64,000 nucleotides of DNA from Paludibacteraceae bacterium (GTDB lineage: Bacteria > Bacteroidota > Bacteroidia > Bacteroidales > Paludibacteraceae): assembly GCA_045578815.1 (NCBI GenBank), contig JAZNKZ010000097.1, forward strand, positions 10,430 through 74,429. Direction: 5' to 3'. How positions within the stretch are numbered: position 1 is the stretch's first letter; every line of letters begins with the position of its first letter. The notes under the pieces are model-generated. The model was given only the letters and a program-made list of their open reading frames with translations. It searched no databases and was not told where the DNA came from. Shown here in pieces: positions 8,533 through 19,451 of the stretch. The position numbers were made by a program, and so were the translations under genes.

Positions 8533-11028
8533 ATGAAACGACTGGTTAGTACATATATTCTACTCGCATTAGCAAGTATGCTGACACTATGGGCAAAGAC
8601 GCCTGAAGTGCGGTTGTATGGCTATGTACTGGACTCTGACAACCGTGGCATTGAACTTGCGAATGTATATGTAGAAGGCACTACCATAGGCACAACCACT
8701 AATCAGAATGGCTACTATGATATTGTTGTGGAGATGGCAGATACCATCATCATGACCTATTCCATGATTGGCTACGAGACGATTCGTCAGCAACTATACA
8801 CTCATAATCAAGTGCTTGGTGTTAATGTCATATTGCCTACCAACGAAGAAATGCTCAATGAGATTACTGTGCGAGGTATCCAACGTCAGACGGGGACAAT
8901 GGAGCGCACAGACGTAAGTGTGGCACGCCTAATGCCCGACGCCACGGGTGGAGGTATAGAGAGTCTGCTCATCACCTTTGCAGGTGTAAGGCAAAACAAT
9001 GAAATGAGTAGCCAATACAATGTGCGTGGTGGTACCTTTGATGAGAATTCGGTATATGTCAATGGATTGGAAGTACACCGTCCATTATTGATTAGAAGCG
9101 GGCAGCAAGAGGGACTGAGTTTCGTGAATACAGATATGGTGGAGAATGTGGACTTCTCTGCAGGCGGTTTTGACGCCAAATATGGCGATAAGATGTCGTC
9201 GGTGCTAGATATACAATATAAACGACCTACAGCATTCGAATCACGATTGAATATGAGCTTACTTGGGGCAAGTGCGTATGTAGGTTGGGGAGATAGTTTG
9301 CAAAGTCAGATGCACGGCATACGCTATAAGACATCCAAATACATGCTAGGCGCATTGGACACAAAGGGTAACTACAAGCCTAACTTCCTAGATTATCAAA
9401 CGCAAATGACATGGAAGGTAGGCAAAAAGACGACAGGGCGATTAGACGATGAAGCATGGGAGATTCGATTGATGGGCAACTTCTCGCAGAATAGTTATGA
9501 GTTTATGCCCGACTCCGCCGTAAAAAACTGGGGAGGATTAGATGCAATAGAACAAAAGATAGAACACGAAGGCAAAGAAAAAGACATGTTCCGTACCGCT
9601 TTCGTGGCATTGAGCGCAAGTGGTAAGGTACACCCAGAAGTAACAATAAGCGCGGACCTTAACGGATTTTATACACATGAGCAGGAAACATACGACATCC
9701 GTACTGCATATGTATTGCGACAAAAAGACATGAATGAAGCGAATAATTCGGGCGGAGGATATGATGCAAATGGAGAATTAGCTACGCCTGAAGGCAATAA
9801 GAAACTACTTGGAAAAGGGGAATACCACGAGCATGCACGTAATACCCTGCAGTCGGGCATAATCACTTTAGCGCATAACGGTGAGTGGAATCGCGGAACT
9901 AATACATTGAAATGGGGCGTAAGCGGACAAGTGGAGATGATTACAGACCGCATCAGCGAGTGGGAATGGCGAGATTCATTGGGATATAGTTTGCCTAATG
10001 CGGACAAAGAAATGGAGCTCTATTATGCCATGAAAGGTACCACAAAAATGCTCAATGGACGTTTACAAGCATATGCACAAAACACGCATCATTGGAATAC
10101 CAACAATGGTAAAGTATATCTCACAGCTGGCATGCGCCTCAACTACTGGACTTTCACCAACGAAGTGCTACCTTCTCCTCGCGTGAGTGTCGTATGGATG
10201 CCAGGTTGGAAACGAGATTTCACATTCCGTGTAGCAACAGGTATCTACTATCAAGCACCATTCTACAAAGAATTGCGACAAACCATTCAAGACGACAAGG
10301 GCGTGTATCGCATTCACTTAAACGATAAGCTGAAGGCACAACGCTCCTATCAATTAGTTCTCGGTACTGACTACTACTTCCGCGCATGGGGACGACCTTT
10401 CAAGTTTACGGCAGAAGCCTATGGTAAGTGGATTGATAGAATGGAGAGCTACACAGTGGACAACGTGCGCGTACGCTACTCTGGCATGAATGATAGCGAA
10501 GGCTACACCATTGGATTGGATATGAAACTCATGGGTGAATTGGTGCCTGGTGCTGATTCATGGATTAGTTTCTCCACAATGCGTAGCAGAATGAGATTTA
10601 TTGACGACAAGCATCATCTCGGTTGGATTCCTACACCACAAGAACAACGATACAACCTCACAATATATTTCCAAGACTATCTACCTCAGTTACCGCAATA
10701 CAAGTTGCATCTCAAGTTCATTTGGAGCGAAGGACTACCATTTGGCTATCCACGCAAAGAAAATATGCGCTATCTCGGCCACTTGAGTGACTTCAAACGT
10801 ATTGATGTGGGGGCAAGTCGTACCTTCTCAGCAAAAACCGACAAATGGATGAAAAATGCAAAACATGTAGATAGTTGGAGCATCCAATTTGATGTATTTA
10901 ACCTTGTAGGTTGGAAAAACGAAAACAGTTATTACTGGGTTTCAGCTATCAATGGACTCCAATTGCCTTGCCCAAACTATTTGACAGGGCGAATGTTCAA
11001 TTTGAAGTTTGATGTAAAGATTAAGTAG
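8533..11028 (+). CDS. TonB-dependent receptor with carboxypeptidase-regulatory-like N-domain
   Basis: Signal peptide, then the CarbopepD_reg-like stretch YGYVLDSDNRGIELANVYVEGTTIGTTTNQNGYYDI, a plug-like region and a long beta-barrel-type sequence rich in alternating aromatic residues. Confidence 0.8.
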   Translation: MKRLVSTYILLALASMLTLWAKTPEVRLYGYVLDSDNRGIELANVYVEGTTIGTTTNQNGYYDIVVEMADTIIMTYSMIGYETIRQQLYTHNQVLGVNVILPTNEEMLNEITVRGIQRQTGTMERTDVSVARLMPDATGGGIESLLITFAGVRQNNEMSSQYNVRGGTFDENSVYVNGLEVHRPLLIRSGQQEGLSFVNTDMVENVDFSAGGFDAKYGDKMSSVLDIQYKRPTAFESRLNMSLLGASAYVGWGDSLQSQMHGIRYKTSKYMLGALDTKGNYKPNFLDYQTQMTWKVGKKTTGRLDDEAWEIRLMGNFSQNSYEFMPDSAVKNWGGLDAIEQKIEHEGKEKDMFRTAFVALSASGKVHPEVTISADLNGFYTHEQETYDIRTAYVLRQKDMNEANNSGGGYDANGELATPEGNKKLLGKGEYHEHARNTLQSGIITLAHNGEWNRGTNTLKWGVSGQVEMITDRISEWEWRDSLGYSLPNADKEMELYYAMKGTTKMLNGRLQAYAQNTHHWNTNNGKVYLTAGMRLNYWTFTNEVLPSPRVSVVWMPGWKRDFTFRVATGIYYQAPFYKELRQTIQDDKGVYRIHLNDKLKAQRSYQLVLGTDYYFRAWGRPFKFTAEAYGKWIDRMESYTVDNVRVRYSGMNDSEGYTIGLDMKLMGELVPGADSWISFSTMRSRMRFIDDKHHLGWIPTPQEQRYNLTIYFQDYLPQLPQYKLHLKFIWSEGLPFGYPRKENMRYLGHLSDFKRIDVGASRTFSAKTDKWMKNAKHVDSWSIQFDVFNLVGWKNENSYYWVSAINGLQLPCPNYLTGRMFNLKFDVKIK

Positions 11029-11063
11029 TTAAGCAGTTTAAAGATTAAAGTTTAAAGGCAAGG
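11017..11063. repeat. word array (TTAAAG / TTAAG)n at the TonB-receptor/mutS boundary
   Basis: Sequence aagattaagtagttaagcagtttaaagattaaagtttaaaggcaagg. Confidence 0.75.
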
Positions 11064-11067
11064 ATAT

Positions 11068-13713
11068 ATGGGAAAAATTGATGCATTAGAGACACCGATG
11101 ATGAAGCAATTTCGCGACATCAAAGCGCAATACCCCGATGCAGTGTTGCTGTTTCGTTGTGGCGATTTCTACGAGACATATGCAGAGGACGCCGTCAGAG
11201 CAAGTAAGATACTGAATATCACACTTACCCACCGTAGCAACGGAGCAAATAAAGAGGGCAAAGCACTTGAGATGGCTGGATTCCCCTTTCACGCACTAGA
11301 TACCTACCTACCGAAATTGGTACGGGCAGGATTGCGTGTGGCAATCTGCGATCAGTTGGAAGACCCTAAACTAACCAAGAAATTGGTCAAACGCGGTGTG
11401 ACTGAATTAGTTACGCCAGGTGTAAGTTACTCCGACACTACCCTACAACAAAAGGAGAACACATGGCTCGCTTGCGTGAATTTCGGGAAACGAGAAGTAG
11501 GCGTTTCGTTCTTGGATATATCTACCGGCGAGTTCCTGCTTGCACAAGGAACTAGCGATTATATCGACAAACTTTTGGTAAACTTTGCACCAAAAGAAGT
11601 GTTGTTTTTGCGTGGAAAAAAGCAAGTGTTTGAAGCAGCTTTTGGAAACAAATACTTCACTTTTGAGTTGGACGACTGGATGATGACCCACGATGCGGCT
11701 ATGGACAGGCTGACCAAGCAGTTTCAAGTGCAGAACTTGAAAGGCTTTGGCGTTGAGCAATTGCCTGAAGGCATCATAGCAGCAGGTGCAATATTACACT
11801 ACTTAGATGCTACACAACACTTGCAGAATGGTCATATTCAGCATCTTAGTCGCATTGAGGAGGATAAGTTTGTGTGGATGGACCGCTTCACTATTCGCAA
11901 CCTGGAGCTATTAAGCGGACAGCGTGAGAACAGCACTACGCTCTACGATATTATTGACCGCACCACCACACCTATGGGTGGGCGACTGCTGCACCGCTGG
12001 TTGGCATTCCCACTGAAGGATGTACGTGCGATTCGCAACCGTCAGACGGTGGTAGAGTATCTTTTCCGCCATCCAGAAGAGCGCGAGATTATCCGCGAGA
12101 ACCTTGAGCGAATCATGGATATGGAGCGTATCGTAGGCAAGATATCTACGGGCAGAATTTCGCCTCGTGAGATGGTGCAACTGAGTGTAGCACTCCACTG
12201 CATTGCTCCTATCAAGCAAATTTGTGATAACGCGACTGATAATTCGTACTTGCACTTGCTCGGCGAACAACTCAGTCTATGCAGCGAGATGTGCGAGAGA
12301 ATCCAACGTGAGATTACACCGGATCCTCCTGCCGTGCAAGGACGTCCGAACACCATTGCACGGGGGGTAAATGCCGAACTAGATGAACTGCGCGACATAC
12401 AAGCACATGGCAAGGAACGCCTCTTGCAAATCCAACAACGAGAGATAGAGGCGACGGGTATTCAGTCGCTAAAGATAGGATACAACAATGTGTTTGGCTA
12501 CTATCTGGAGGTACGCAACACCTACAAAGAGCAAGTGCCAGAAACATGGATTCGCAAGCAGACTTTGGTCAATGCTGAGCGCTATATCACCCAAGAGCTC
12601 AAAGAGTATGAGGACAAGATCCTCAATGCCGAAGGACAAATTCAAATTATAGAGACACGCCTTTACACCGAACTGATGTTGGCACTTACCGAGTATGTAC
12701 CACAAATGCAGATGGATGCCAACGTGATAGCGCAAATGGACTGCTTGATGGGATTTGCACGTGTTGCTGTAGAAAATAAGTATGTGTGTCCAGCTATCAA
12801 TGATAGTCTGGTGATTGATATTCGCCAAGGTCGCCACCCCGTAATCGAAAAGCAATTACCGCTAGATGAAGAGTATGTGCCCAACGATGTACAACTCGAC
12901 AACAATGGGCAACAGATTATCATCATCACAGGTCCGAATATGGCGGGTAAGTCTGCCCTACTCCGTCAGACGGCGCTCATTGTATTGATGGCACAGATGG
13001 GTAGTTTCGTTCCCGCTGAGAGCGCAAGCATCGGTGTCGTGGACAAGATATTTACCCGTGTAGGCGCTAGCGATAATATATCATTAGGTGAGAGTACCTT
13101 TATGGTAGAGATGAACGAGGCGGCCAGTATTTTGAACAACCTCAGCGAACGCAGTCTGGTGCTCTTCGATGAACTCGGACGCGGCACAAGCACCTATGAC
13201 GGTATCAGCATTGCTTGGGCAATTGTGGAATATATCCACGAGCAAAAGGGACATGCAAAAACTCTATTTGCTACCCACTACCACGAGCTCAATGAGATGG
13301 AAGAGAGCTTCCAGCGCATACGCAACTACAATGTGTCGGTGCGTGAAGCGAATGGTAAAGTCATCTTCATGCGTAAATTGGTGCGCGGTGGCTCGGAGCA
13401 TAGTTTTGGTATTCATGTGGCGAAACTAGCAGGTATGCCATCGTCGATTATCCAACGAGCAAATCAAATACTCTCTGACCTAGAGCAAGGAGCAAGGAAC
13501 CAAGAAGCAGGATGCAATAGCCAAGAGAAGATTGGTGGTGGCAAGGCATCGGTCAGCGCACCAAGTGGCATGCAACTGAGTTTCTTTCAATTAGACGACC
13601 CCGTACTAGAACAAATACGAGACGAGGTCAAGACACTAGACATTGATAATCTCACTCCCTTAGAGGCACTCAACAAACTGAGCGAGATTAAGAAACTAGT
13701 GGGAGGAAAATAG
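11068..13713 (+). CDS. mutS: DNA mismatch repair protein MutS
   Basis: TPMMKQF..IK N-terminus, Walker [30 protein letters not shown]. Confidence 0.95.
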   Translation: MGKIDALETPMMKQFRDIKAQYPDAVLLFRCGDFYETYAEDAVRASKILNITLTHRSNGANKEGKALEMAGFPFHALDTYLPKLVRAGLRVAICDQLEDPKLTKKLVKRGVTELVTPGVSYSDTTLQQKENTWLACVNFGKREVGVSFLDISTGEFLLAQGTSDYIDKLLVNFAPKEVLFLRGKKQVFEAAFGNKYFTFELDDWMMTHDAAMDRLTKQFQVQNLKGFGVEQLPEGIIAAGAILHYLDATQHLQNGHIQHLSRIEEDKFVWMDRFTIRNLELLSGQRENSTTLYDIIDRTTTPMGGRLLHRWLAFPLKDVRAIRNRQTVVEYLFRHPEEREIIRENLERIMDMERIVGKISTGRISPREMVQLSVALHCIAPIKQICDNATDNSYLHLLGEQLSLCSEMCERIQREITPDPPAVQGRPNTIARGVNAELDELRDIQAHGKERLLQIQQREIEATGIQSLKIGYNNVFGYYLEVRNTYKEQVPETWIRKQTLVNAERYITQELKEYEDKILNAEGQIQIIETRLYTELMLALTEYVPQMQMDANVIAQMDCLMGFARVAVENKYVCPAINDSLVIDIRQGRHPVIEKQLPLDEEYVPNDVQLDNNGQQIIIITGPNMAGKSALLRQTALIVLMAQMGSFVPAESASIGVVDKIFTRVGASDNISLGESTFMVEMNEAASILNNLSERSLVLFDELGRGTSTYDGISIAWAIVEYIHEQKGHAKTLFATHYHELNEMEESFQRIRNYNVSVREANGKVIFMRKLVRGGSEHSFGIHVAKLAGMPSSIIQRANQILSDLEQGARNQEAGCNSQEKIGGGKASVSAPSGMQLSFFQLDDPVLEQIRDEVKTLDIDNLTPLEALNKLSEIKKLVGGK

Positions 13714-13716
13714 AAT

Positions 13717-13752
13717 ACAAAAAATCGCAGAGCTTCTTCTCTGCGACTTTTG
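13717..13752. terminator. bidirectional intrinsic terminator between convergent mutS and the DUF2520 gene
   Basis: Stem TCGCAGAG (13725-13732) / CTCTGCGA (13739-13746) with a 6-nt loop. An A-run lies upstream and a T-run downstream. Confidence 0.7.
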
Positions 13753-13759
13753 TATCATT

Positions 13760-14467
13760 TTACGATCGCTTACGGATAGCTTCGGATAGGAGGCGATACA
13801 CTTCTTTCTGTTCCTCATTGAGCAGGTTTAAGTGATGATTCATCACATTCTCATCGCCACGGCGCGCTGGACCTGTCTGTGCTGCATTTGGTGATAACAT
13901 ATGTATCTTAGCAGCTGTCTCATCAATCAATGGTAAAAGGGCAGAGAAAGGAATATGTGTATTTTGAAGCAATTCGGCTGACATCGTATACATAAGATTA
14001 GTAAAATTACAAGCATACACGCCCGCCACATGCAAACGCTCACGGTCATGTTGTGTAGCCTCATAGATATGACTAGTGATAGTCAATGCCAACGAGTAGA
14101 CCGCACTAATATCATCTATACCACGCGCCTCGAAGAATACAGGTATAGTAGAGAAATCCTCTATTACACGCGCTTTGCTGAAAGTTTGGAAAGGATAAAA
14201 TATGCCCGCATGAGGTTTGTCCGTACCAAATACGGTGATAGGTATTGTGCCTGAAGTATGCAAATGAAGTGACTTCTCATGTCCTTTCACCTGCTCAACA
14301 ACAGATGCCAATGCTTCGTCTTTCACAGCATAGATATACACATTTGCCTGAGGCAACTGATCTAATCCTTCACGACTACTAACCATCTGACAAGCAATGC
14401 CTTTCTTGCGGAATGCATAATCTAAGTTGGTAGCAACGTTACCTTTACCGATGATGATAATGTTCAT
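13760..14467 (-). CDS. Rossmann-fold protein of the DUF2520 type
   Basis: N-terminal dinucleotide-binding pattern MNIIIIGKGNVATNL. Size and C-terminal half resemble DUF2520 proteins as I recall them. No search was run. Confidence 0.6.
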   Translation of the reverse strand: MNIIIIGKGNVATNLDYAFRKKGIACQMVSSREGLDQLPQANVYIYAVKDEALASVVEQVKGHEKSLHLHTSGTIPITVFGTDKPHAGIFYPFQTFSKARVIEDFSTIPVFFEARGIDDISAVYSLALTITSHIYEATQHDRERLHVAGVYACNFTNLMYTMSAELLQNTHIPFSALLPLIDETAAKIHMLSPNAAQTGPARRGDENVMNHHLNLLNEEQKEVYRLLSEAIRKRS

Positions 14468-14481
14468 TGGTCTTTTATGGT

Positions 14482-15870
14482 TTAAGGTTTATAACTTAAA
14501 GGCAAGTTTTTGTAGAACTCAGTAACAGCCACGATGCCATTCTCCCATACCTCGAGGTCCATGGATTCGTTGGGTGAGTGGATAGCATTCTTCTCTAAAC
14601 CGAATCCCATCAATATAGTCTTCACGCCAAGTATCTGCTCGAAACTACTGATAATAGGAATACTTCCACCACGGCGTGCTGCCAGCGGTTTCTTACCAAA
14701 CGCAACCTCAAAACCATGTTCAGCGGCCTTGTATGCTGGAATATCAATTGGGCATACATAGCCCTGACCACCGTGCATAGGCGTCACTTTCACACGTACG
14801 CCTGCGGGCGCAATACTTTGTATATAATCCGCAAATGCCTGACTCACCTTCTCGTGGTCTTGGTTGGCTACCAATCTGCAACTGACCTTAGCATATGCCT
14901 TGCTTGGTAATACAGTCTTGCTACCCTCACCCGTATAGCCACCCCATATACCACAAATATCAAACGAAGGACGACAAGAATTACGTTCTAGTGTAGAATA
15001 CCCCTCCTCGCCGAAAGTGGAATCCACATCTATCGCCTCGCGATACGCTTGCTCCGAAAATGGGATCTGAGCAATCATATCACGCTCAGCTTGAGGTATT
15101 GGCAACACATCATCGTAAAAATGCGGAATAGTGATGCGTCCTCTATCATCCACCACTTGGGCTAGCATCTCGGTAAGCGCATTGATTGGATTCTTGACCG
15201 CGCCTCCAAAGTGTCCGCTATGCAAATCACGATTAGGGCCCGTAACTTCTATCTCCCAATAAGCTAATCCACGAAGACCAGTGGTGATAGATGGAGTATC
15301 TTTGCCAATCATGGACGTATCGCTCACAAGGATAATATCGCAAGCTAATAGGTCGCGATGCTCTTCCAAGAATGATTCTAGGCTAGGACTTCCTATCTCC
15401 TCTTCACCTTCAAAGATAAACTTCACACGGCAATTCATAAGTCCGTGTTTAACAAGATACTCAAAGGCCTTTACCTGAATCATCGCTTGTCCTTTATCAT
15501 CATCCGCACCACGAGCATACAGACGACCATCACGAATTTCAGGCTCCCATGGATTGGAATTCCACAAATCCAATGGTTCAACAGGCATCACATCATAGTG
15601 GGAATAGACGAGGACTGTGGGGATATTGGAGGTAGAAGACAAGATTCGAGAATCAGGAGTATATTCCGCATAAACAAATGGATTGCCAGCAGAGGGCATT
15701 ATTTCTGCATGTTGAACACCTGCCTCCAGTAAGAGTTCACGCCAACGCTCCGCACAACGGAGCATATCCTCCCTGTGTGCGGGTTGACAACTAATACTAG
15801 GAATACGAATCAAACTCGCCCATTCTTCCAAGAAACGGGCACGATTTTCTGCAATGTACGAACGAACCAT
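14482..15870 (-). CDS. M20 family dipeptidase
   Basis: HYDVMP, GADDDKGQ and EGEEEIGSP metal-ligand motifs of the ArgE/DapE/CPG2 (M20) family. Confidence 0.85.
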   Translation of the reverse strand: MVRSYIAENRARFLEEWASLIRIPSISCQPAHREDMLRCAERWRELLLEAGVQHAEIMPSAGNPFVYAEYTPDSRILSSTSNIPTVLVYSHYDVMPVEPLDLWNSNPWEPEIRDGRLYARGADDDKGQAMIQVKAFEYLVKHGLMNCRVKFIFEGEEEIGSPSLESFLEEHRDLLACDIILVSDTSMIGKDTPSITTGLRGLAYWEIEVTGPNRDLHSGHFGGAVKNPINALTEMLAQVVDDRGRITIPHFYDDVLPIPQAERDMIAQIPFSEQAYREAIDVDSTFGEEGYSTLERNSCRPSFDICGIWGGYTGEGSKTVLPSKAYAKVSCRLVANQDHEKVSQAFADYIQSIAPAGVRVKVTPMHGGQGYVCPIDIPAYKAAEHGFEVAFGKKPLAARRGGSIPIISSFEQILGVKTILMGFGLEKNAIHSPNESMDLEVWENGIVAVTEFYKNLPLSYKP

Positions 15871-15872
15871 AT

Positions 15873-15900
15873 ATGAGTTATGAATTATGAGTTATGAGTC
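15873..15900. repeat. period-7 word array (GAGTTAT/GAATTAT)n next to the dipeptidase start
   Basis: Sequence atgagttatgaattatgagttatgagtc. Confidence 0.8.
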
Positions 15901-16179
15901 TCAAAAAAATGCTGCATTGCTACTTAACTCGAGAAAACTCCTAAAAACAGGATTTGAGGGGTACAAGCCCTTTGTAATCTAACTACCTCATCGCTACAAC
16001 ATTAAGTTGGTCTCGGCGGAGAGTATTAGCACGCCATTGGAAATGCACCTTTCTCGTAAAAAAAATAAAGTGTTGAGTTTTCCGGTCTCTGAGCAATGCA
16101 ACAAATTTTCTTAAAGATCACTTCTGTATAACATTCTTTACAATTTCCGTGCCAAAACTAGCACAAAATTGAAATTTCC

Positions 16180-17595
16180 TTAAAATCGCCAAGCCAATGT
16201 AGCCACAATACGATGCGTATCAGCATGTACATCCATTGCTGTCATCTGCATCTCCGTAGCATACTGATGAAGTGTTTGCCAGCGATATTGGTATGCCACC
16301 TGTGCCACCACCACATCACTGCGATACCCTATACCTACACTCGCATATTGTGAAGAAACTGTATAGCGATAATCCATATCCATGCGTATATCATTATATC
16401 TCAGCATCCAAATAGGGTTTTTCTTCATAAATGATGATTCATACACATAGCCTGCATTCAAGAACAGCCCACGATATGCTTGTGCCTCCGTGCCCACACG
16501 TAAAGTATGTACATCATCCATTTCTACAGAATGGGCATAATCATATTGCACAGCCAACATAGCATAATCACCAATTTGTCCTGCTACACTAAAACTCGTT
16601 CGTAGCGGAGATATCATCTCCATACTCATTGTACCACTAGATGGAGTAAGCACCTCGAATTTCTGTCCATTAATAGAAGAATACATATCTCCTTCCGTTT
16701 GGGCTGATAGTTGCATCGCTGTAGGTGTTTGGAAGGATGCACCAATGCGCAAGTATCGAATAGGGCGATAAATCAATCCTATCGAACCACTAACACCCAC
16801 ACCAGAAATATAATACGTTGATTTCAGTTCTGCCGAATTAAGACGATCTGACTCTTTATGAGAGACACGTTTCGTATAAGTCATAGTAGGAATATTCAAG
16901 TTCAACCCCACATACCACTGATTGCTGATGTTGCTGGCCCACGAAAGTGTATATTGATCAGCGCTACCTGTTTCTGAAACAGAAAGTACACCATCAGTAA
17001 AATTCACTGCAGATATCCATTGATTATTTTCAATAGGATTTATGAGATATCCCTCATAACCTAGAATACTCAACCACCCTACATCAATATCATCCCATGG
17101 CTCGTTTTGTAGTTGATCTTCTGACAATCCTCCTACATCATTCGTAATATTGCAAATTGTCTCTACCATTCCCATGCCAGATCCTTCAACCACTACATCT
17201 CTATTAAAATTAGCTAGTCGCTGTATAGAGAACATGAAATTATTATAAATCATTCCGCGCTGCTTGTTAGGATGCCCCCATGCCCATATGGCAGAGACTT
17301 GTGGAAGAGCTAACCGCGCTCGCTGATAAAGATATTTCGACTCTCTTTGAGCTGTTTGATCTATCGTTTCATCAAGACTCAACATAACTTCACTACGGCG
17401 ATAAAGTCCCAAACCAGCAGGATTGTCCTGCGCCGCAGAAGGGTCACCACCTATAGCTGTCATTGCACCACCCATTCCCACATAGCGAGCTGTACCCATG
17501 ATCTGTCGCTCTGTAAAGCGTTGCATGTCTTGCGCCAATAGCCCATTACATACAGCCAATAATCCAACTAGCAATATGTAAATCGTACGTTTCAT
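16180..17595 (-). CDS. outer-membrane beta-barrel protein, FadL/PorV-like
   Basis: Signal peptide, then the N-terminal GMGGAMTAIGGDPSAAQDNPAGLG motif typical of FadL/OmpP1/PorV-type barrels. Alternating-hydrophobic strands, ending in an aromatic residue (WRF). Confidence 0.5.
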   Translation of the reverse strand: MKRTIYILLVGLLAVCNGLLAQDMQRFTERQIMGTARYVGMGGAMTAIGGDPSAAQDNPAGLGLYRRSEVMLSLDETIDQTAQRESKYLYQRARLALPQVSAIWAWGHPNKQRGMIYNNFMFSIQRLANFNRDVVVEGSGMGMVETICNITNDVGGLSEDQLQNEPWDDIDVGWLSILGYEGYLINPIENNQWISAVNFTDGVLSVSETGSADQYTLSWASNISNQWYVGLNLNIPTMTYTKRVSHKESDRLNSAELKSTYYISGVGVSGSIGLIYRPIRYLRIGASFQTPTAMQLSAQTEGDMYSSINGQKFEVLTPSSGTMSMEMISPLRTSFSVAGQIGDYAMLAVQYDYAHSVEMDDVHTLRVGTEAQAYRGLFLNAGYVYESSFMKKNPIWMLRYNDIRMDMDYRYTVSSQYASVGIGYRSDVVVAQVAYQYRWQTLHQYATEMQMTAMDVHADTHRIVATLAWRF

Positions 17596-17825
17596 TTTTC
17601 TATTATGCGCATACGCACAGTATCTGGAGATTGGATAGTATCTTCAAGAAAGATGAACTCACGTGCAGAACGATCATATACAGGCTCTACAGGCGCTACT
17701 GTATCCTCTACTGGCCAATAATACGCATCATCCGTATAAAGCACTGGAGTTGAGGCGGTAAGACAGTAAGGCAATACGAGCAACCCATATAATCCTAAGA
17801 ATAATATGACAAGCGTGCGTTTCAT
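17592..17825 (-). CDS. small secreted protein or lipoprotein of unknown function
   Basis: 77 codons with a clear signal peptide (MKRTLVILFLGLYGLLVLPYC). The stop overlaps the start of the downstream barrel gene (ATGA). Confidence 0.4.
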   Translation of the reverse strand: MKRTLVILFLGLYGLLVLPYCLTASTPVLYTDDAYYWPVEDTVAPVEPVYDRSAREFIFLEDTIQSPDTVRMRIIEK

Positions 17826-17873
17826 CTTTTCTTTTTACATCTCACTTGGCAAAAGGCGTGCCAAAAGAGCTTA

Positions 17874-18860
17874 TCAGTTGCGGAAACCAATAATCTCGCG
17901 TACTTCGCGGATTGTTTTCTCTGCGCTGGCAGATGCTGCTTCAGCACCTTCGCGTGCTACTTTAGCAAGGTATTCTTCGTTGCTTTGGAAATCAAGGATA
18001 CGCTCGCGGATAGGTGCGCAGAAGGCATTGATATCCGCAGCCAATTGCTTCTTCATATCGCCGTAGCGAATGGCCATATTGTTGTATTGGTCATTGAAAT
18101 AATCGTAGGTATCGGGAGTAGAAACCAATTGCATCAATGTAAAGAGGTTTTCAATGGGCTCTGGCTTCACTTGGTTGAGCATTGTTGGTCCTGCATCAGT
18201 CACCGCACGCATCACTTTCTTCTTGATAGTGGCTTCATCATCGCATAGGTAAATAGCGTTGCCTTCGCTCTTACCCATCTTGCCACTGCCATCCAAGCCA
18301 GGCACTTTCACGGCTTTAGCATTGAAGTGGAACGACTCTGGCTCTTTGAAATACTCTACGTTGTAGATACGATTGAAACGGCGTGCAAACAATCGTGCCA
18401 TCTCCATATTCTGCTCTTGGTCTTTGCCCACAGGCACTTTATCTGCCTTATGCACAAGGATATCCGCAGCCATCAAAGATGGATAGGTCAGCAAACCTGC
18501 ATTCACATTATCTGGTTGCTTGCGAGCTTTCTCCTTGAACGAAGTCACTCGCTCCAACTCACCCAAATAAGCATTCATATTGAGATATAGATATAACTCT
18601 AGCACTTGCTTCACATCGCTTTGTACATAAATAGGAGCTTTCTTGGGGTCAATACCACAAGCCAAATATTCCGCCAAAATAGTACGAACTGATGTTCGCA
18701 AATTTTCAGGAGTAGGATGAGTGGTGAGCGAATGCCAATCCGCAATAAAGAACATACAATTATATTCCTCTTGCATTTTTACAAAACTCTTAACTGCACC
18801 AAAATAATTTCCAAGGTGCAAATTGCCCGTGGGACGAATACCACTAATGACTTTTTCCAT
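17874..18860 (-). CDS. trpS: tryptophan--tRNA ligase
   Basis: Class I synthetase signatures GIRPTGNLHLGNYFGA and KMGKS. 328 aa. Confidence 0.95.
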   Translation of the reverse strand: MEKVISGIRPTGNLHLGNYFGAVKSFVKMQEEYNCMFFIADWHSLTTHPTPENLRTSVRTILAEYLACGIDPKKAPIYVQSDVKQVLELYLYLNMNAYLGELERVTSFKEKARKQPDNVNAGLLTYPSLMAADILVHKADKVPVGKDQEQNMEMARLFARRFNRIYNVEYFKEPESFHFNAKAVKVPGLDGSGKMGKSEGNAIYLCDDEATIKKKVMRAVTDAGPTMLNQVKPEPIENLFTLMQLVSTPDTYDYFNDQYNNMAIRYGDMKKQLAADINAFCAPIRERILDFQSNEEYLAKVAREGAEAASASAEKTIREVREIIGFRN

Positions 18861-18876
18861 TGTATTTTAACTAATT

Positions 18877-19341
18877 TTATTGAATTGGTAATGAACGATT
18901 TATTCGCTGATCTAGTGCTGTCAACGTCTCCGTATTTGACACACCAGGTATACCTTGTAATTTATTGCTCAACAGATCCAATAGATGCTGATCATCGCGC
19001 GCGTACAACTTGATTAACATTGAGTACGCACCCAAGGTAAATCGACTCTCCACAACCTCTGGGATCTTCTCCAATTCTGTACTCACTGCATTGTACATAC
19101 TACCTTTCTCTAAAGTTAAACCCACGTATACGCACAAATTGTATCCTAAAGACTTTGGATTAACGATATAACCCGAACCTGTTATGACACCATTATCAAA
19201 CATCTTTTGTACTCTTTGATGTACAGCTGCGCGACTGATACCGACTTGCTCTGCCACATCCTTGAAGGGTTTACGAGCGTTTTGAGTGATAATTTGCAAT
19301 ATTTTGCGGTCAATCTCGTCAATATTCTCCACTAATTCCAT
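18877..19341 (-). CDS. Lrp/AsnC family transcriptional regulator
   Basis: N-terminal HTH_AsnC (DEIDRKILQIITQNARKPFKDVAEQVGISRAAVHQRV) plus a C-terminal RAM/ACT-like domain. 154 aa. Confidence 0.9.
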   Translation of the reverse strand: MELVENIDEIDRKILQIITQNARKPFKDVAEQVGISRAAVHQRVQKMFDNGVITGSGYIVNPKSLGYNLCVYVGLTLEKGSMYNAVSTELEKIPEVVESRFTLGAYSMLIKLYARDDQHLLDLLSNKLQGIPGVSNTETLTALDQRINRSLPIQ

Positions 19342-19384
19342 ATGTTTTTTACTATTTGGTATTATTTTTATGTCATTTTGACTG

Positions 19385-19392
19385 CAAAAGTA
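19385..19392 (-). promoter_or_regulatory. -7 box TActTTTG (Lrp/AsnC gene)
   Basis: CAAAAGTA on the plus strand equals TACTTTTG on the minus strand. It is flanked by a T8 tract. One half of a divergent promoter pair. Confidence 0.55.
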
Positions 19393-19424
19393 CTATTTTT
19401 TTTGTACATATGCAAGTTTTTTTG

Positions 19425-19432
19425 TACTTTTG
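19425..19432 (+). promoter_or_regulatory. -7 box TActTTTG (O-methyltransferase gene)
   Basis: Exact TAnnTTTG, 20 nt upstream of ATG 19452. Confidence 0.6.
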
Positions 19433-19451
19433 CAAACAAATCCAAACAAAA

